Shown: positions 1-9,829, counted from the stretch's first letter. The stretch is DNA of 59,360 bases from an uncultured Pseudomonadota bacterium (GCA_964421445.1 CAYQXL010000011.1:1-59360); one strand, 5' to 3'. The notes: generated from the sequence alone by a model not told the origin. A program made the numbers and translations.

Positions 1-423
1 AAGATCGGTGTCAAAGACGATATTCTGAAAAAAGCAGGAGCCCTGACAAACGAAGAGTATCTGGAGATCAAGAAACATGCCGCCAAGACGCAGGAAATCC
101 TTGAAAAGATCAATTTTGAGGGAATCTACAAAGAAGTTCCCTTCATCTCCGGATGTCACCACGAAAAATTCGACGGCACAGGATATCCTCTCGGGCTCAC
201 AGGTCCCGACATCCCCCTTGGAGCACGGATTCTCGCGGTAGCGGATGTTTTTGAGGCGATAACAGCCAAGAGGCATTACCGCGATCCGATGCCTCTCGAA
301 GACGCCTTCAAGATTCTCACAGACGGATGTGGCCGCCATTTTGACACAGCGATCGTCCAGGCCTTTGTCCGGTACTACGAAAAAGAGTTCGGCGTTCCCA
401 TCGCCGCAGCCGTGCTCCCCTAA
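1..423 (+). CDS. HD-GYP domain phosphodiesterase, C-terminal part (truncated by the window edge)
   Basis: Frame 1 reads KIGVKDDILKK...HHEKFDGTGYP...ARILAVADVFEAITAKRHYR...HFD and ends at TAA 421-423. HHE..DG.GYP is the HD-GYP signature. Confidence 0.9.
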   Translation, partial: KIGVKDDILKKAGALTNEEYLEIKKHAAKTQEILEKINFEGIYKEVPFISGCHHEKFDGTGYPLGLTGPDIPLGARILAVADVFEAITAKRHYRDPMPLEDAFKILTDGCGRHFDTAIVQAFVRYYEKEFGVPIAAAVLP

Positions 424-1247
424 AAGAGTCTGTCGGCCTTTCGTCCCCTCACAGAAATGACGGGCGTGTACGTAAAGCGGCCGGGATCGGTGAAAAAGTT
501 GTAGAATTCCTCAGAAAATCCTTTGAATCCCCCTTCGTATTCGTGGAAGCTATACCCTATCCGCTTTGACGCCACCTCGAGTTTCTTCATCCAATTATAG
601 GCGTCCGTATCCTTCAACTCGCCAAAAATCAGGTGGTGGGCATCAACCCGAATGTCAATCTCCTGATACCCGAGCCGGTAAAAATGGGAGTAAAGGTGCC
701 TGCCTGCATAGGGGTCAAAGTTTTCCCGCTCCTCGACAGCCCGCACGATCTCAACAAGCGTTCGTTCGAGCCTGCCGGACATGCCGGAATGATTGAGGCA
801 ATTCTGGTCGAGATCGACGAGGCAGAGGACCCCGCCTGGTTTAACCATGTCAGAAAAATTCTTCACGAGTTCGAATGACTGAGAACGATAATATTCGAGG
901 ACGAACCGAACCCACACAAAATCAAAAGGCTCGATGTCCCGCTTCGGCTCCAGAATATCCATCTTCGTGAAGACGAGCCCTTCTTTTCCGTATCGCCGCC
1001 GTCCGTATCCCAGCCGCTTCTCTGAACCGTCAATGCCAATGGCGGTCCCACCGGGTTGAACCAGATCGTAGAGGATCGATGTCGTCTTCCCTGAACCGCA
1101 ACATACATCGGCAACCTTCATGCCCGGCTGGATGCCGGCCCAGAGAGCCTGCTTCTCCACGGCTTTTCTGTCGGTCTTGATGTCAAGACGATACTCTTCT
1201 TCATCGTTCTCCATGAGGTACGCACGCTCTCGCATAGTATGACCCAT
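420..1247 (-). CDS. Class I SAM-dependent methyltransferase (substrate unknown)
   Basis: Motif I VADVCCGSG, IGIDGSE, FDFVWVRFVLEY, VKPGG. The true start may be a later Met. Confidence 0.85.
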   Translation of the reverse strand: MGHTMRERAYLMENDEEEYRLDIKTDRKAVEKQALWAGIQPGMKVADVCCGSGKTTSILYDLVQPGGTAIGIDGSEKRLGYGRRRYGKEGLVFTKMDILEPKRDIEPFDFVWVRFVLEYYRSQSFELVKNFSDMVKPGGVLCLVDLDQNCLNHSGMSGRLERTLVEIVRAVEERENFDPYAGRHLYSHFYRLGYQEIDIRVDAHHLIFGELKDTDAYNWMKKLEVASKRIGYSFHEYEGGFKGFSEEFYNFFTDPGRFTYTPVISVRGRKADRLF

Positions 1248-1384
1248 CCCCTTTTATGTATGTGAGCATCTGCCCGCCTGCACGGACCAACGCCTAATTG
1301 TGTATACAATTGTCTTTTTGAGGTATACCATGATCTTTATTGAACACGCAATAAAATTGAGAAGAACAGGAGGATTAGAGAGAA

Positions 1385-1457
<73 letters not shown>

Positions 1458-1522
1458 ATCGAGGTTATTTTAACCACACACTTAGGCCCCATGTCAAGAC
1501 CTTCCGCACAGGAAAAGAAGTT

Positions 1523-1552
1523 TTGACAAGCCCCTCCAGCCTGTGGTAACAA
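1523..1552 (+). promoter_or_regulatory. Putative sigma70 promoter of the DUF1015 operon
   Basis: TTGACA, 18 nt, then TG-G-TAACAA, 8 nt before ATG 1561. Confidence 0.5.
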
Positions 1553-1560
1553 ATTCCATT

Positions 1561-2778
1561 ATGAACGATACCTTTATAAAACCATTCAACGGACTCCTCT
1601 ACAATGCATCGGCCGTAGGGGATATCTCCCGGTGCGTATGCCCGCCGTACGATGTCATCTCAAATGTTGAACCCTACTACGCGAGAGACCTGCACAACGC
1701 CATACGCCTTGAACTTCCCGTCTCCACGCCCCTTCTCGACCAGTATTCCAATGCCAGGAAAATCCTCGATGACTGGATACGAGAAGAAACACTCCGTTTC
1801 GATCCGGCTCAATCATTCTATCTCTATGAGCAAGACTTCATCGTAAACGGGAAACAGTATTTTCGCCGTGGCTTCTTCACTCTCGTCAAGCCTGACAGGG
1901 ATAGAATTCTGACCCACGAACAGACCAGAAAAAAAGCCAAGGAAGACAGGGAGCGACTCTTTACGGCAACCAGAACATTTACAAGCATCATCTTCGGCCT
2001 CTACGAAGACAGGGGCGGAAAGGTTGAAGCAACGCTTGAGAAGGCGGCCAAAGAGGTTGTCTACGACTTCATCGATGAAGATGGCATCAGAAACCGGTTC
2101 TACAGGATAGCCGGGGATAACGATACAACAGAACTGGCTCGTGTCATGGAAAACGAGACCGTGTATATCGCCGACGGCCATCATAGACTCGATGTTTCCC
2201 GAAAACTGGGGATACCGTACGTACCGTTTTACCTCACCGCCATGCACTCACCGGGCATCGTCATTCTGCCCTATCACAGACTGGTGACACTGAAGAGCAA
2301 ACAGCCTCTCTCTGCCCTTCTCAACAACCTGGGCACAACGGTCTCCGTTGAAAAGAAGGACCGTCAGGCGTTCACCCTGGACGGATGGATCGATTACATA
2401 GCCGCATCGAAGGATCCGGCGTATCTCCTCTATTCGCACGAAGACCGTCAGACATTTTTCGTCCTGAGGCAGACAGCACCGATACCGGTGCCCCCGGAAA
2501 CAGATCCCGTTCTTGCCGATCTGAGGGTGACCATCCTCCATACAGGGCTCCTGAAAACGGTCCTCGGCATTGAAGACGAGGAGATCTCCTTCACCCATGA
2601 CGCCGCCGAGGCAGTAAGTCTGGTCGATGGTCAGGGGGCAGATATGGCCTTTCTCCTTCCCCCGACAACAGTGGATGAAGTAAAGGTCATAGCCGATCAC
2701 AGTCTGGATATGCCCCCAAAATCGACCTTCTTCTACCCTAAGATTCTGACAGGCCTGGTCTTCTATAAATATGCCTGA
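1561..2778 (+). CDS. DUF1015 family protein
   Basis: PPYDVI, ILTHEQT and YIADGHHR motifs, and C-terminal MPPKSTFFYPKILTGLV. Confidence 0.85.
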   Translation: MNDTFIKPFNGLLYNASAVGDISRCVCPPYDVISNVEPYYARDLHNAIRLELPVSTPLLDQYSNARKILDDWIREETLRFDPAQSFYLYEQDFIVNGKQYFRRGFFTLVKPDRDRILTHEQTRKKAKEDRERLFTATRTFTSIIFGLYEDRGGKVEATLEKAAKEVVYDFIDEDGIRNRFYRIAGDNDTTELARVMENETVYIADGHHRLDVSRKLGIPYVPFYLTAMHSPGIVILPYHRLVTLKSKQPLSALLNNLGTTVSVEKKDRQAFTLDGWIDYIAASKDPAYLLYSHEDRQTFFVLRQTAPIPVPPETDPVLADLRVTILHTGLLKTVLGIEDEEISFTHDAAEAVSLVDGQGADMAFLLPPTTVDEVKVIADHSLDMPPKSTFFYPKILTGLVFYKYA

Positions 2779-3505
2779 TGGAGGAAAGGAAAACGGAGAG
2801 ACTGTCGATATTCTTTGCCGTGACCGGCTGACGATTACCCAGAAAAGAGATGGGTACCGTTTTTCCATCGATGCCATTCTCCTCGCTCAGTTCGTTCACC
2901 TGAAAAAAGGCGAGGCGGCCCTCGATGTGGGAACAGGGTGTGGCATCATTCCCATATACAAGCGGCTGCAGGGATACACAAACAGAATAGTCGGCGTCGA
3001 GATACAGAAGGACCTCTATGGTCTCGCCGTGAAAAACAGGGAGTTGAACGGGTATCCCGACCTTGACTTCCGCAATTTCGATGTCCGGAGAAGCTTCAGA
3101 AAACTCTCCGATATCCTCTTCACCGTGGTCTTTTCCAATCCACCTTTTACCCGCAAGGGCACGGGGCGGAAAAGCCCCAGTTCGTCCCGGGATATGGCCC
3201 GGTACGAGTCGACACTCGATCTCCCCGGTCTTCTCAGGATCGTCTCCCGCCTCCTTCCCAAGAAAGGCAGGTTTTATCTCATCTATCCCGTACGGAGGCT
3301 GGCGGAACTGATCGTTCTCGCAGGGAGAAAGAGACTGGAGCTGAAACGGATACGTTTTATCCATCCACGACCGGGGGAAGCACCAAACCTGTTTCTCGCT
3401 GAATTTCTCAAAGAAGGCGGCTCGGGCGTCAAGGTTGAAAAACCTCTTTACATCTTTGGGAACAGCGGGTATACAGAAGAGGTAGCTTCGTACTACTCAT
3501 TGTAA
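2771..3505 (+). CDS. tRNA1(Val) (adenine37-N6)-methyltransferase family (YfiC/TrmN6-like)
   Basis: GYRFSIDAILLAQF, LDVGTGCGII, NPPF, ARYE and GRFYLIYP motifs. Confidence 0.85.
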   Translation: MPDGGKENGETVDILCRDRLTITQKRDGYRFSIDAILLAQFVHLKKGEAALDVGTGCGIIPIYKRLQGYTNRIVGVEIQKDLYGLAVKNRELNGYPDLDFRNFDVRRSFRKLSDILFTVVFSNPPFTRKGTGRKSPSSSRDMARYESTLDLPGLLRIVSRLLPKKGRFYLIYPVRRLAELIVLAGRKRLELKRIRFIHPRPGEAPNLFLAEFLKEGGSGVKVEKPLYIFGNSGYTEEVASYYSL

Positions 3506-3515
3506 GGGCTTGCTT

Positions 3516-4484
3516 ATGGAAAACGTGCTGGAACTGATACAGGAAGATCTCTCGAGCCTCGAAAAAGCGATTGATCACATGGTCACAACAAAGGTTCCCT
3601 TTATCAAGACCATCGTCAATCATATCATCCAGTCCGGAGGAAAACGAATCAGGCCCGTTCTCCTGATCCTCGCAGCAAAGCATTGTGGCTACAGGGGCGA
3701 TCAGCACATTTCCTATGCGGCCATCATCGAGTTCATCCACACTTCAACCCTTCTTCACGATGACGTTGTCGACAACGCTGCAACACGAAGGGGTTCGTCG
3801 ACGGCAAACACGATCTGGGGGAACGAAGCGACGGTCCTTGTCGGTGACTTTCTTTTCTCCAAATCCTTCGACCTTATGGTGGAAGGAGAAAATGCCGATA
3901 TCCTCCGGGTCATGTCAAGAACCACCACCAATCTGGCGGAAGGGGAGATTCTCGAACTTCTCCATACATCCGATGCCGACACGACGGAAGAAGCATATCT
4001 TGAAATCATCCAGAACAAGACGGCTGTTCTCTTCTCCGCAGCATGCCGTGTAGGAGCTCTCCTCGCCGGTGCCGACCAGGCGCTTCAATCAACACTCACA
4101 ACCTTCGGCCATTCCCTGGGCATGGCATTTCAGCTCACCGATGATATACTCGACTACACATCGAAAGATACGGTCCTCGGGAAACGGGTGGGAACAGACC
4201 TGAATGAGGGCAAGGTAACCCTTCCCCTGATCAGGGCCATCAGGAGCGCAGAGAGGGATGAAAAGGAACGGATCAGCGCTATTCTCAAAAAAAACAAGGC
4301 AACAGTCAAAGACTTCACCTTTGTCCGGCGACTGGTCGAACGGTATGGGGGCATCTCCTACACCGAGAAGAAAGCGGAAGAGTACACACTGTCAGCACGG
4401 GGAGCACTTGAATCCCTCGAACCTACCCCCTATAGAAAGGCCCTTTTCACGGTCGCCGAATCGATGCTTAAGCGGAAGGCCTAA
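3516..4484 (+). CDS. ispB: Polyprenyl (octaprenyl-type) diphosphate synthase
   Basis: GGKRIRP, first Asp-rich motif LLHDDVVD..RRG, VLVGDF, second motif FQLTDDILD and GTDLNEGKVTLP. Confidence 0.88.
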   Translation: MENVLELIQEDLSSLEKAIDHMVTTKVPFIKTIVNHIIQSGGKRIRPVLLILAAKHCGYRGDQHISYAAIIEFIHTSTLLHDDVVDNAATRRGSSTANTIWGNEATVLVGDFLFSKSFDLMVEGENADILRVMSRTTTNLAEGEILELLHTSDADTTEEAYLEIIQNKTAVLFSAACRVGALLAGADQALQSTLTTFGHSLGMAFQLTDDILDYTSKDTVLGKRVGTDLNEGKVTLPLIRAIRSAERDEKERISAILKKNKATVKDFTFVRRLVERYGGISYTEKKAEEYTLSARGALESLEPTPYRKALFTVAESMLKRKA

Positions 4485-4532
4485 GCGAGCAGGGTCAGAC
4501 GCGAACTGTAGTACGTTGCCGGTTTCGGGCCG

Positions 4533-6548
4533 ATGACCATCTACAGCATTCCCCCTCTTCTCAGTGCCATCATCTACCTCGTCTTTTTTGTCACCGGCCT
4601 GATCCGGGCAAGGAAGTCGAAGGTCAATCTCCTCATGGCCCTCATATGTCTCGTTGGCTTCCTCCTCAATACGGATATCGCTATACTGACCATTATAGAC
4701 GATGCTGCGGCAGCCCTCACGATAAGCCGCCTCGATCACCTCTTCCTCGCCTTCATCATACCCCTCTACCTCCATTTTGCCGTTGAAGTTACCAACGCCC
4801 GGCAGTGGATGACCATGGTCAAAATCTTTTACGGTGTTGCCATTCTCCTTCTGCCTGTTTCGCAGCATCCTCTCTACCTCACAGGGGTGACAAAATATTT
4901 TTTTGGGTATTTTGCGAATTTCGGTCCTCTTTTCTATGGTTTTCTTGTCTTCAGTTCTGTCAGCTTCGGCCTTTCCCTCTTTCTCTTTATAAAGAGCCTG
5001 AGGCACGAGAGGGTCGTTTTGCGGAGAACACGGGTAAAATATATCGTATTGAGCTTCGGTGTGTCGGCGCTGATAAGTCAGCTCGACCTCATCACCATGA
5101 GAGGAATCAACCTCTATCCTCCCGGTAATTTCGATTTCCTCCCCATGTGTCTTTTGGGATATGCCGTATACAGACTCGACATCATGGAGTGGAAGGTGTT
5201 TCTCAGCAAGGGCCTGACGTTTTTCACATTCTGCCTCTTTTCACTCGCTTCCTTCACAGGAATGACCATACTTGTCCCATATCTTCTCCCCGGCTATTTT
5301 GGGCGGGAATTTTCCGGTCCTGTGGCGTTGATCGCCACATTCTCCATCGTCTACATATTCTTCGGCAGGATCCAGAATTTCATCTCACGGCTCCTGGAAG
5401 AGCAATTCATAAAGAACCGAAAGGCTATCCGCGTCCTCAGTTCCGACATCCTGCGGCTTCAGAGCGTCCCTGTCATTCGGCGGACAATCATCGACAGGCT
5501 CTCGGCCCTCTTTCACCTTGACGCCTGCAGGATCGAAATGGTTCCCTTTGTCGCTCCTGACGAAAACATGCGCTTTCTCAGCGACAGTGAACCGCTCTGG
5601 TTTGAAGGTTTCCGAATCTCCATCCCTTTTCATTCCCGCCGCCACCCGGCATTCCTCTTCCTCGGAGATAAGGGTGACGGCACGCTTTATACGGGAGAGG
5701 AGCTGGAGCTTCTCTCTATTCTGGCCAACAATGTTGCCCTCGCTTTCGACAACTCCCATGCGTACAGCAAACTGGAACAGTTCTCGAGCAATATGGAAAA
5801 TCTCGTTCAAGAGCGGACAAAAGCTCTCATACAGAGCGAGAACCTTGCATCCGTCGGGAGACTTGCAGCAGGAATAGCCCATGAGCTGAACAATCCCCTG
5901 GCAAGCGTCATGAGTACCATCGAATACCACCTCGAAAAGCTCCCACCATCAAGCCCTCTCAGGGATGATCTCGAGTTCTCCTTTTCCGAACTCCGGAGGA
6001 CGAGAGATATTGTCCGAAGTCTCCTTGACAGTTCGCGACAGAAAGAAGACACGAAAGAACTCGTCGATGTTCATAAAGCCATAGAGGACAGCATACGGGT
6101 GCTGCGAAACGAATACAAACAAAGGAATATCACGATCGCCATGGGGTGTATGGCAGAAGACAGCCTGATTCCCGGAAGTCTCGCCAGATTGTGCCAGATA
6201 TTCATTAATATCGTGAGAAACTCGATTGACGCAATCGCACCAGGAGGAGGGACGATTGAGATCACAACAGCCAACATCGATCTTCCCCCGCCGCCCGACA
6301 GTAGACTCACCAATGCCGGGCGCCATCTCCGGTGCACCGTCCGGGACAATGGGAGCGGGATGGATGGCGACGTGGCCGGGAAAGTCTTCCAGCCCTTTTA
6401 CACGACGAAACCGCAGGGCAAGGGTATGGGGCTCGGCCTTTTCATCGTTCACCAGATCACGAGAGACCACGGAGGATCGGTGACAATAGCAAGCATCCCG
6501 GGCGAGGGAACAACGGTCACCCTTCTGTTTCCCTGCACTCCACTATAA
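4533..6548 (+). CDS. Membrane sensor histidine kinase: N-terminal multi-TM (7TM-like) domain, short GAF-like region, HisKA and HATPase
   Basis: Many hydrophobic helices in the first ~280 aa. H-box AGIAHELNNPL, N-box NIVRNSIDA, G1 DNGSGM, F-box FQPFYTTK, G2 GMGLGL. Confidence 0.9.
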   Translation: MTIYSIPPLLSAIIYLVFFVTGLIRARKSKVNLLMALICLVGFLLNTDIAILTIIDDAAAALTISRLDHLFLAFIIPLYLHFAVEVTNARQWMTMVKIFYGVAILLLPVSQHPLYLTGVTKYFFGYFANFGPLFYGFLVFSSVSFGLSLFLFIKSLRHERVVLRRTRVKYIVLSFGVSALISQLDLITMRGINLYPPGNFDFLPMCLLGYAVYRLDIMEWKVFLSKGLTFFTFCLFSLASFTGMTILVPYLLPGYFGREFSGPVALIATFSIVYIFFGRIQNFISRLLEEQFIKNRKAIRVLSSDILRLQSVPVIRRTIIDRLSALFHLDACRIEMVPFVAPDENMRFLSDSEPLWFEGFRISIPFHSRRHPAFLFLGDKGDGTLYTGEELELLSILANNVALAFDNSHAYSKLEQFSSNMENLVQERTKALIQSENLASVGRLAAGIAHELNNPLASVMSTIEYHLEKLPPSSPLRDDLEFSFSELRRTRDIVRSLLDSSRQKEDTKELVDVHKAIEDSIRVLRNEYKQRNITIAMGCMAEDSLIPGSLARLCQIFINIVRNSIDAIAPGGGTIEITTANIDLPPPPDSRLTNAGRHLRCTVRDNGSGMDGDVAGKVFQPFYTTKPQGKGMGLGLFIVHQITRDHGGSVTIASIPGEGTTVTLLFPCTPL

Positions 6549-7206
6549 TCACATACTCACCCTTTACATCGTCATCATCGCTGCTCACCATATCGAGAAT
6601 GTCGGAAACCGTACCAGTGAGAACTTCTTCATGAATTTTTGTCAGTTCCTTGCAGACGACAAGCCTTCTCTCTCCCAGTTCTTCCCTGATTATAACCAAT
6701 GTCTCCTCCAGCCTCCCTGGTGATTCAAAAAAGACCACGGGGTAAGGAAACGACGAGAATTCTCTCAGGAGGCGCCTTTTTTTCATCTTTTTCTGCGGAA
6801 AAAACCCGTAGAAGAAGAATCGTCCTGACGTAAGGCCCGCCACGGAGACGGCACCTGAAGCGGCCGACGGACCAGGGACAAGGTGGACAGCCACCCCTGC
6901 GTCGAGACAGCCCCGTACAACCACGGCCCCCGGATCGGAAATTCCAGGTGTACCGGCGCCGGAAATAAGGGCACAACTTCGGCCCTGCGAAAGAAACCGC
7001 ACAATCATTCCCGTCTTCCGCTCCTCATCCCTTGCCGTAACCGTTTCTATCCGCTTTTTGATGCCGAGATGACTGAGAAGCTTCAGCGCCCTCGATCTGT
7101 TCTCCGCCACAACAAGATCAACGGACCGGAGCGTTTCTGCCGCCCGGAACGATATATCTCCCAGATTACCGATAGGTGTGGCCACGACGTAAAGATCTCC
7201 CGTCAC
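6517..7206 (-). CDS. rsmI: 16S rRNA (cytidine1402-2'-O)-methyltransferase
   Basis: LYVVATPIGNLGDI, GTPGISDPG, FFESP.RL, KELTKIHEE and KGEYVI. GTG start behind SD GAGGAGG. Confidence 0.92.
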   Translation of the reverse strand: MTGDLYVVATPIGNLGDISFRAAETLRSVDLVVAENRSRALKLLSHLGIKKRIETVTARDEERKTGMIVRFLSQGRSCALISGAGTPGISDPGAVVVRGCLDAGVAVHLVPGPSAASGAVSVAGLTSGRFFFYGFFPQKKMKKRRLLREFSSFPYPVVFFESPGRLEETLVIIREELGERRLVVCKELTKIHEEVLTGTVSDILDMVSSDDDDVKGEYVIIVECRETEG

Positions 7207-7275
7207 AGAATAATCCTCCTCTTTTGCATTCCTGCCTCTCTTGCCTTATAATAGCATCCATAGGCCTTGACAACT

Positions 7276-7908
7276 ATGCAAAAGTTTTGGAAAATACTAT
7301 CCATGTTTCTCGTTGTTATCATAGCAGCCTTCATCGGCATTGCCCCGGCTGTCAGCCTCGCTGCCATGTACCAGTTCACCGACGAAACAGGTGTCCAGCA
7401 TTTTACAAACATCCTGCCTGTCGGCAAGAAATATCAGGTTATCGTCCCTGATAAAGCGAGGAAATCGGCACCTGCAGCTACATCCTTCCGGGGAAAGGTA
7501 AGTACGGTGGCCTACGACAAGTCAATCAATCACCACGCTTCATTGCTCGGCGTCGACCCGTTGCTTGTGAAAGCAGTGATGAAGGCCGAATCCAACTTCA
7601 ACCCTGGGGCCGTCTCTCCCAAGGGTGCCCAGGGACTCATGCAGTTGATGCCGGGAACAGCAAAATTGATGAAAGTCGACGACCCTTTTGATCCTGACGA
7701 CAACATCAAAGGGGGCACGGGGTACCTCCGCGTTCTTCACGAAGTCTTCAAAGGCGACATTGATCTCGTCCTTGCCGGGTATAACGCAGGGCCGATGCGT
7801 GTTGTCGAACACAACATGAAAGTCCCTCCCATCGAGGAGACAAAGAATTACATCAAACGGGTAAAACAGTACTACAACAAACTCAAAAGCGACAACAATG
7901 ACGGGTAG
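7276..7908 (+). CDS. Lytic transglycosylase (SLT domain) with N-terminal DUF4124-like segment
   Basis: Signal peptide, YQFTDETGVQHFTN, AVMKAESNFNPGAVSPKGAQGLMQLMP and LAGYNAG. Confidence 0.9.
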   Translation: MQKFWKILSMFLVVIIAAFIGIAPAVSLAAMYQFTDETGVQHFTNILPVGKKYQVIVPDKARKSAPAATSFRGKVSTVAYDKSINHHASLLGVDPLLVKAVMKAESNFNPGAVSPKGAQGLMQLMPGTAKLMKVDDPFDPDDNIKGGTGYLRVLHEVFKGDIDLVLAGYNAGPMRVVEHNMKVPPIEETKNYIKRVKQYYNKLKSDNNDG

Positions 7909-8518
7909 AGATGAGAAAACGCCGCTCTGGACTCTTCCCAACAGACTGAGCGTTATACGAATCCTTTTTATCCCTGTCATTATTCTGCTCATCGCGACAG
8001 AAAAAGAAAAGTTCATCTTCGCATCGTGCATCCTCTTCATCATAGCAGGTATTACAGATGGGCTCGATGGGTACATAGCCCGCAAGATGAGTCTCAAAAC
8101 AAAGCTCGGCCTCTACCTCGATCCTATTGCTGATAAACTGCTCGTCTCCTCTGTCCTCATCGCCCTCACATATTACCGCTTCATCCCTCTATGGCTCACC
8201 ATCATTCTCGTTTGCAGGGAGTTTCTCATCAACGGTCTCCGGTCATTTTACGCCATGGAGGGCATAGCGATTTACCCCTCCTTTTCCGGAAAGCTCAAAA
8301 CAGCGCTCCAGCTTGTGGGGATCACCTGTATACTCTTCAAGGTACCGGACAATACAGGCTACTTTATCTGCGATTATCTCCAATACCTCGGCATCTCCTG
8401 TCTTGATTTCAACCTCGCCATGCAGCATATCGGGCTCGGCATTCTCTACGTCGGTCTCTTTTTCAGTATATTTTCCGCTGTAAAGTACATGTCTGCCCTC
8501 TTTCGAATGCCTTCCTGA
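7898..8518 (+). CDS. pgsA: CDP-diacylglycerol--glycerol-3-phosphate 3-phosphatidyltransferase
   Basis: TLPNRLSVIR and the CDP-alcohol motif DGLDGYIAR...GLYLDPIADK. Confidence 0.88.
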   Translation: MTGRDEKTPLWTLPNRLSVIRILFIPVIILLIATEKEKFIFASCILFIIAGITDGLDGYIARKMSLKTKLGLYLDPIADKLLVSSVLIALTYYRFIPLWLTIILVCREFLINGLRSFYAMEGIAIYPSFSGKLKTALQLVGITCILFKVPDNTGYFICDYLQYLGISCLDFNLAMQHIGLGILYVGLFFSIFSAVKYMSALFRMPS

Positions 8519-8743
8519 CTCGAAAACAGGACTCACCGGACCTTCCCACCGCACAGAATTCAACGCTTCACATAAAACAGTAAACTGCTCCTTCCAGGGG
8601 TAGTCCCTTCATCCCGGCCGTTACAGTCGGAGCAAGGATCATGACGTTCTCTTTTGTCGGAAGAAACGTTGTCCTGAGAGCGCAGATTGTCCGCCTTTAC
8701 CGGGACAAAAACCCCTGACCAACCCATCAGGAACAGGGGCCTG

Positions 8744-9829
8744 CTATCCGTCACAAAGACCGCAGCCAAAGCATTCGGCGCCTGAACCGTCGTCCAGGTA
8801 TTCCCCTCTCTCGCCAGCGACGTTCCTTACGGAAAGCCTGCTTCCCTCTCTCTTTTCCACAAACGATGCCCCCAGCGGGATCTTTCCCAGCCCGCCGGTA
8901 ATATCCATGGCGTAGTGGGGAACGGCAAGGCCTGAGACGGTCATCCGGACGTCGTTCATAATCCGCACGCCCTCATCGACACTCACCTTGAAATGCTGTG
9001 CGCCCCGGACCTCATCGAGCTGAAAGAGGTAATAAGGTTTTATACCCCGTTCCACAAGACCGGTAAAAAGCCGGGAGAGAATCCCGGAACAGTTGTTCAC
9101 CCCCCTTAAGAGGACTGTCTGGCTTACAAGCATATGGCCTTCCTCCCTCAATCGCCGGACAACCATCGAGAATTCAGGCGTAATCTCATGAGGATGGTTG
9201 ATATGGACAACGATCCAGAGTGGGCCGTATTTCCTGAGGAGCTGAAAATGGGATTCAGAAATGTGAAGAGGGGAAACGACGGGTAGACGGGTACTGAGAC
9301 GCACAGTCTTTATCCGCTCTATTGCCCGGAGCTCTGAAAGGATATATTCAAGACGTTCGCCGGGAAGTATAAGCGGATCGCCGCCCGAAAGAATGATCTC
9401 CCTGAGACCGTTATCCTCCCTGATGGCCCGGAGGCTCTTGCCGTAATAGTCCGAAGGATCCCACCCCTTTCCGACAAGCCTCTTCCTGTTACAGAATCTG
9501 CAGTACATGGCACACTCTGCGGACACGAGAAAGACGGCTCTTCCGGGATAACGCTTCAGGAGGATGGGGGTCACGGAGATTGACGTTTCGTCGAGAGGGT
9601 CGGGCCCACCACCGTCATCGCGCACCTCATCGATGGCGGGAATAGCCTGTCGCCCGAGAGGACCGGCGTCTCCGCTTTCCCTGATCAGATTGGCATAGAA
9701 CGGAGGGATCCTGAACGGATACCGGCGGGATACAGTTTCAATGTCCCCCCTTCTTGTTCTATCCAGGGGGAGATATTGTGAAAGTTCTTCCGGAGAGGAG
9801 ATAGAAGAAAGGAGGGCAGAATTCGTCAT
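8744..9829 (-). CDS. KamA-family radical SAM aminomutase (lysine 2,3-aminomutase / EpmB-like)
   Basis: KRYP, CAMYCRFC cluster motif, ILSGGDPL, HINHPHE, QTVLLRGVN, PYYLFQLD and PLP-lysine motif DITGGLGKIP. Start placed at 9829 after SD GAGGAGG. Confidence 0.9.
   Translation of the reverse strand: MTNSALLSSISSPEELSQYLPLDRTRRGDIETVSRRYPFRIPPFYANLIRESGDAGPLGRQAIPAIDEVRDDGGGPDPLDETSISVTPILLKRYPGRAVFLVSAECAMYCRFCNRKRLVGKGWDPSDYYGKSLRAIREDNGLREIILSGGDPLILPGERLEYILSELRAIERIKTVRLSTRLPVVSPLHISESHFQLLRKYGPLWIVVHINHPHEITPEFSMVVRRLREEGHMLVSQTVLLRGVNNCSGILSRLFTGLVERGIKPYYLFQLDEVRGAQHFKVSVDEGVRIMNDVRMTVSGLAVPHYAMDITGGLGKIPLGASFVEKREGSRLSVRNVAGERGEYLDDGSGAECFGCGLCDG

Noticed and set aside
8560-8769. 69-aa minus-strand ORF, and a possible frameshifted PilZ-like remnant on the plus strand (NCSFQG...VVLRAQIVR)
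   Set aside because: The ORF has no recognisable motif. The PilZ-like pieces are in different frames, with stops and no RxxxR motif, so chance similarity is likely.
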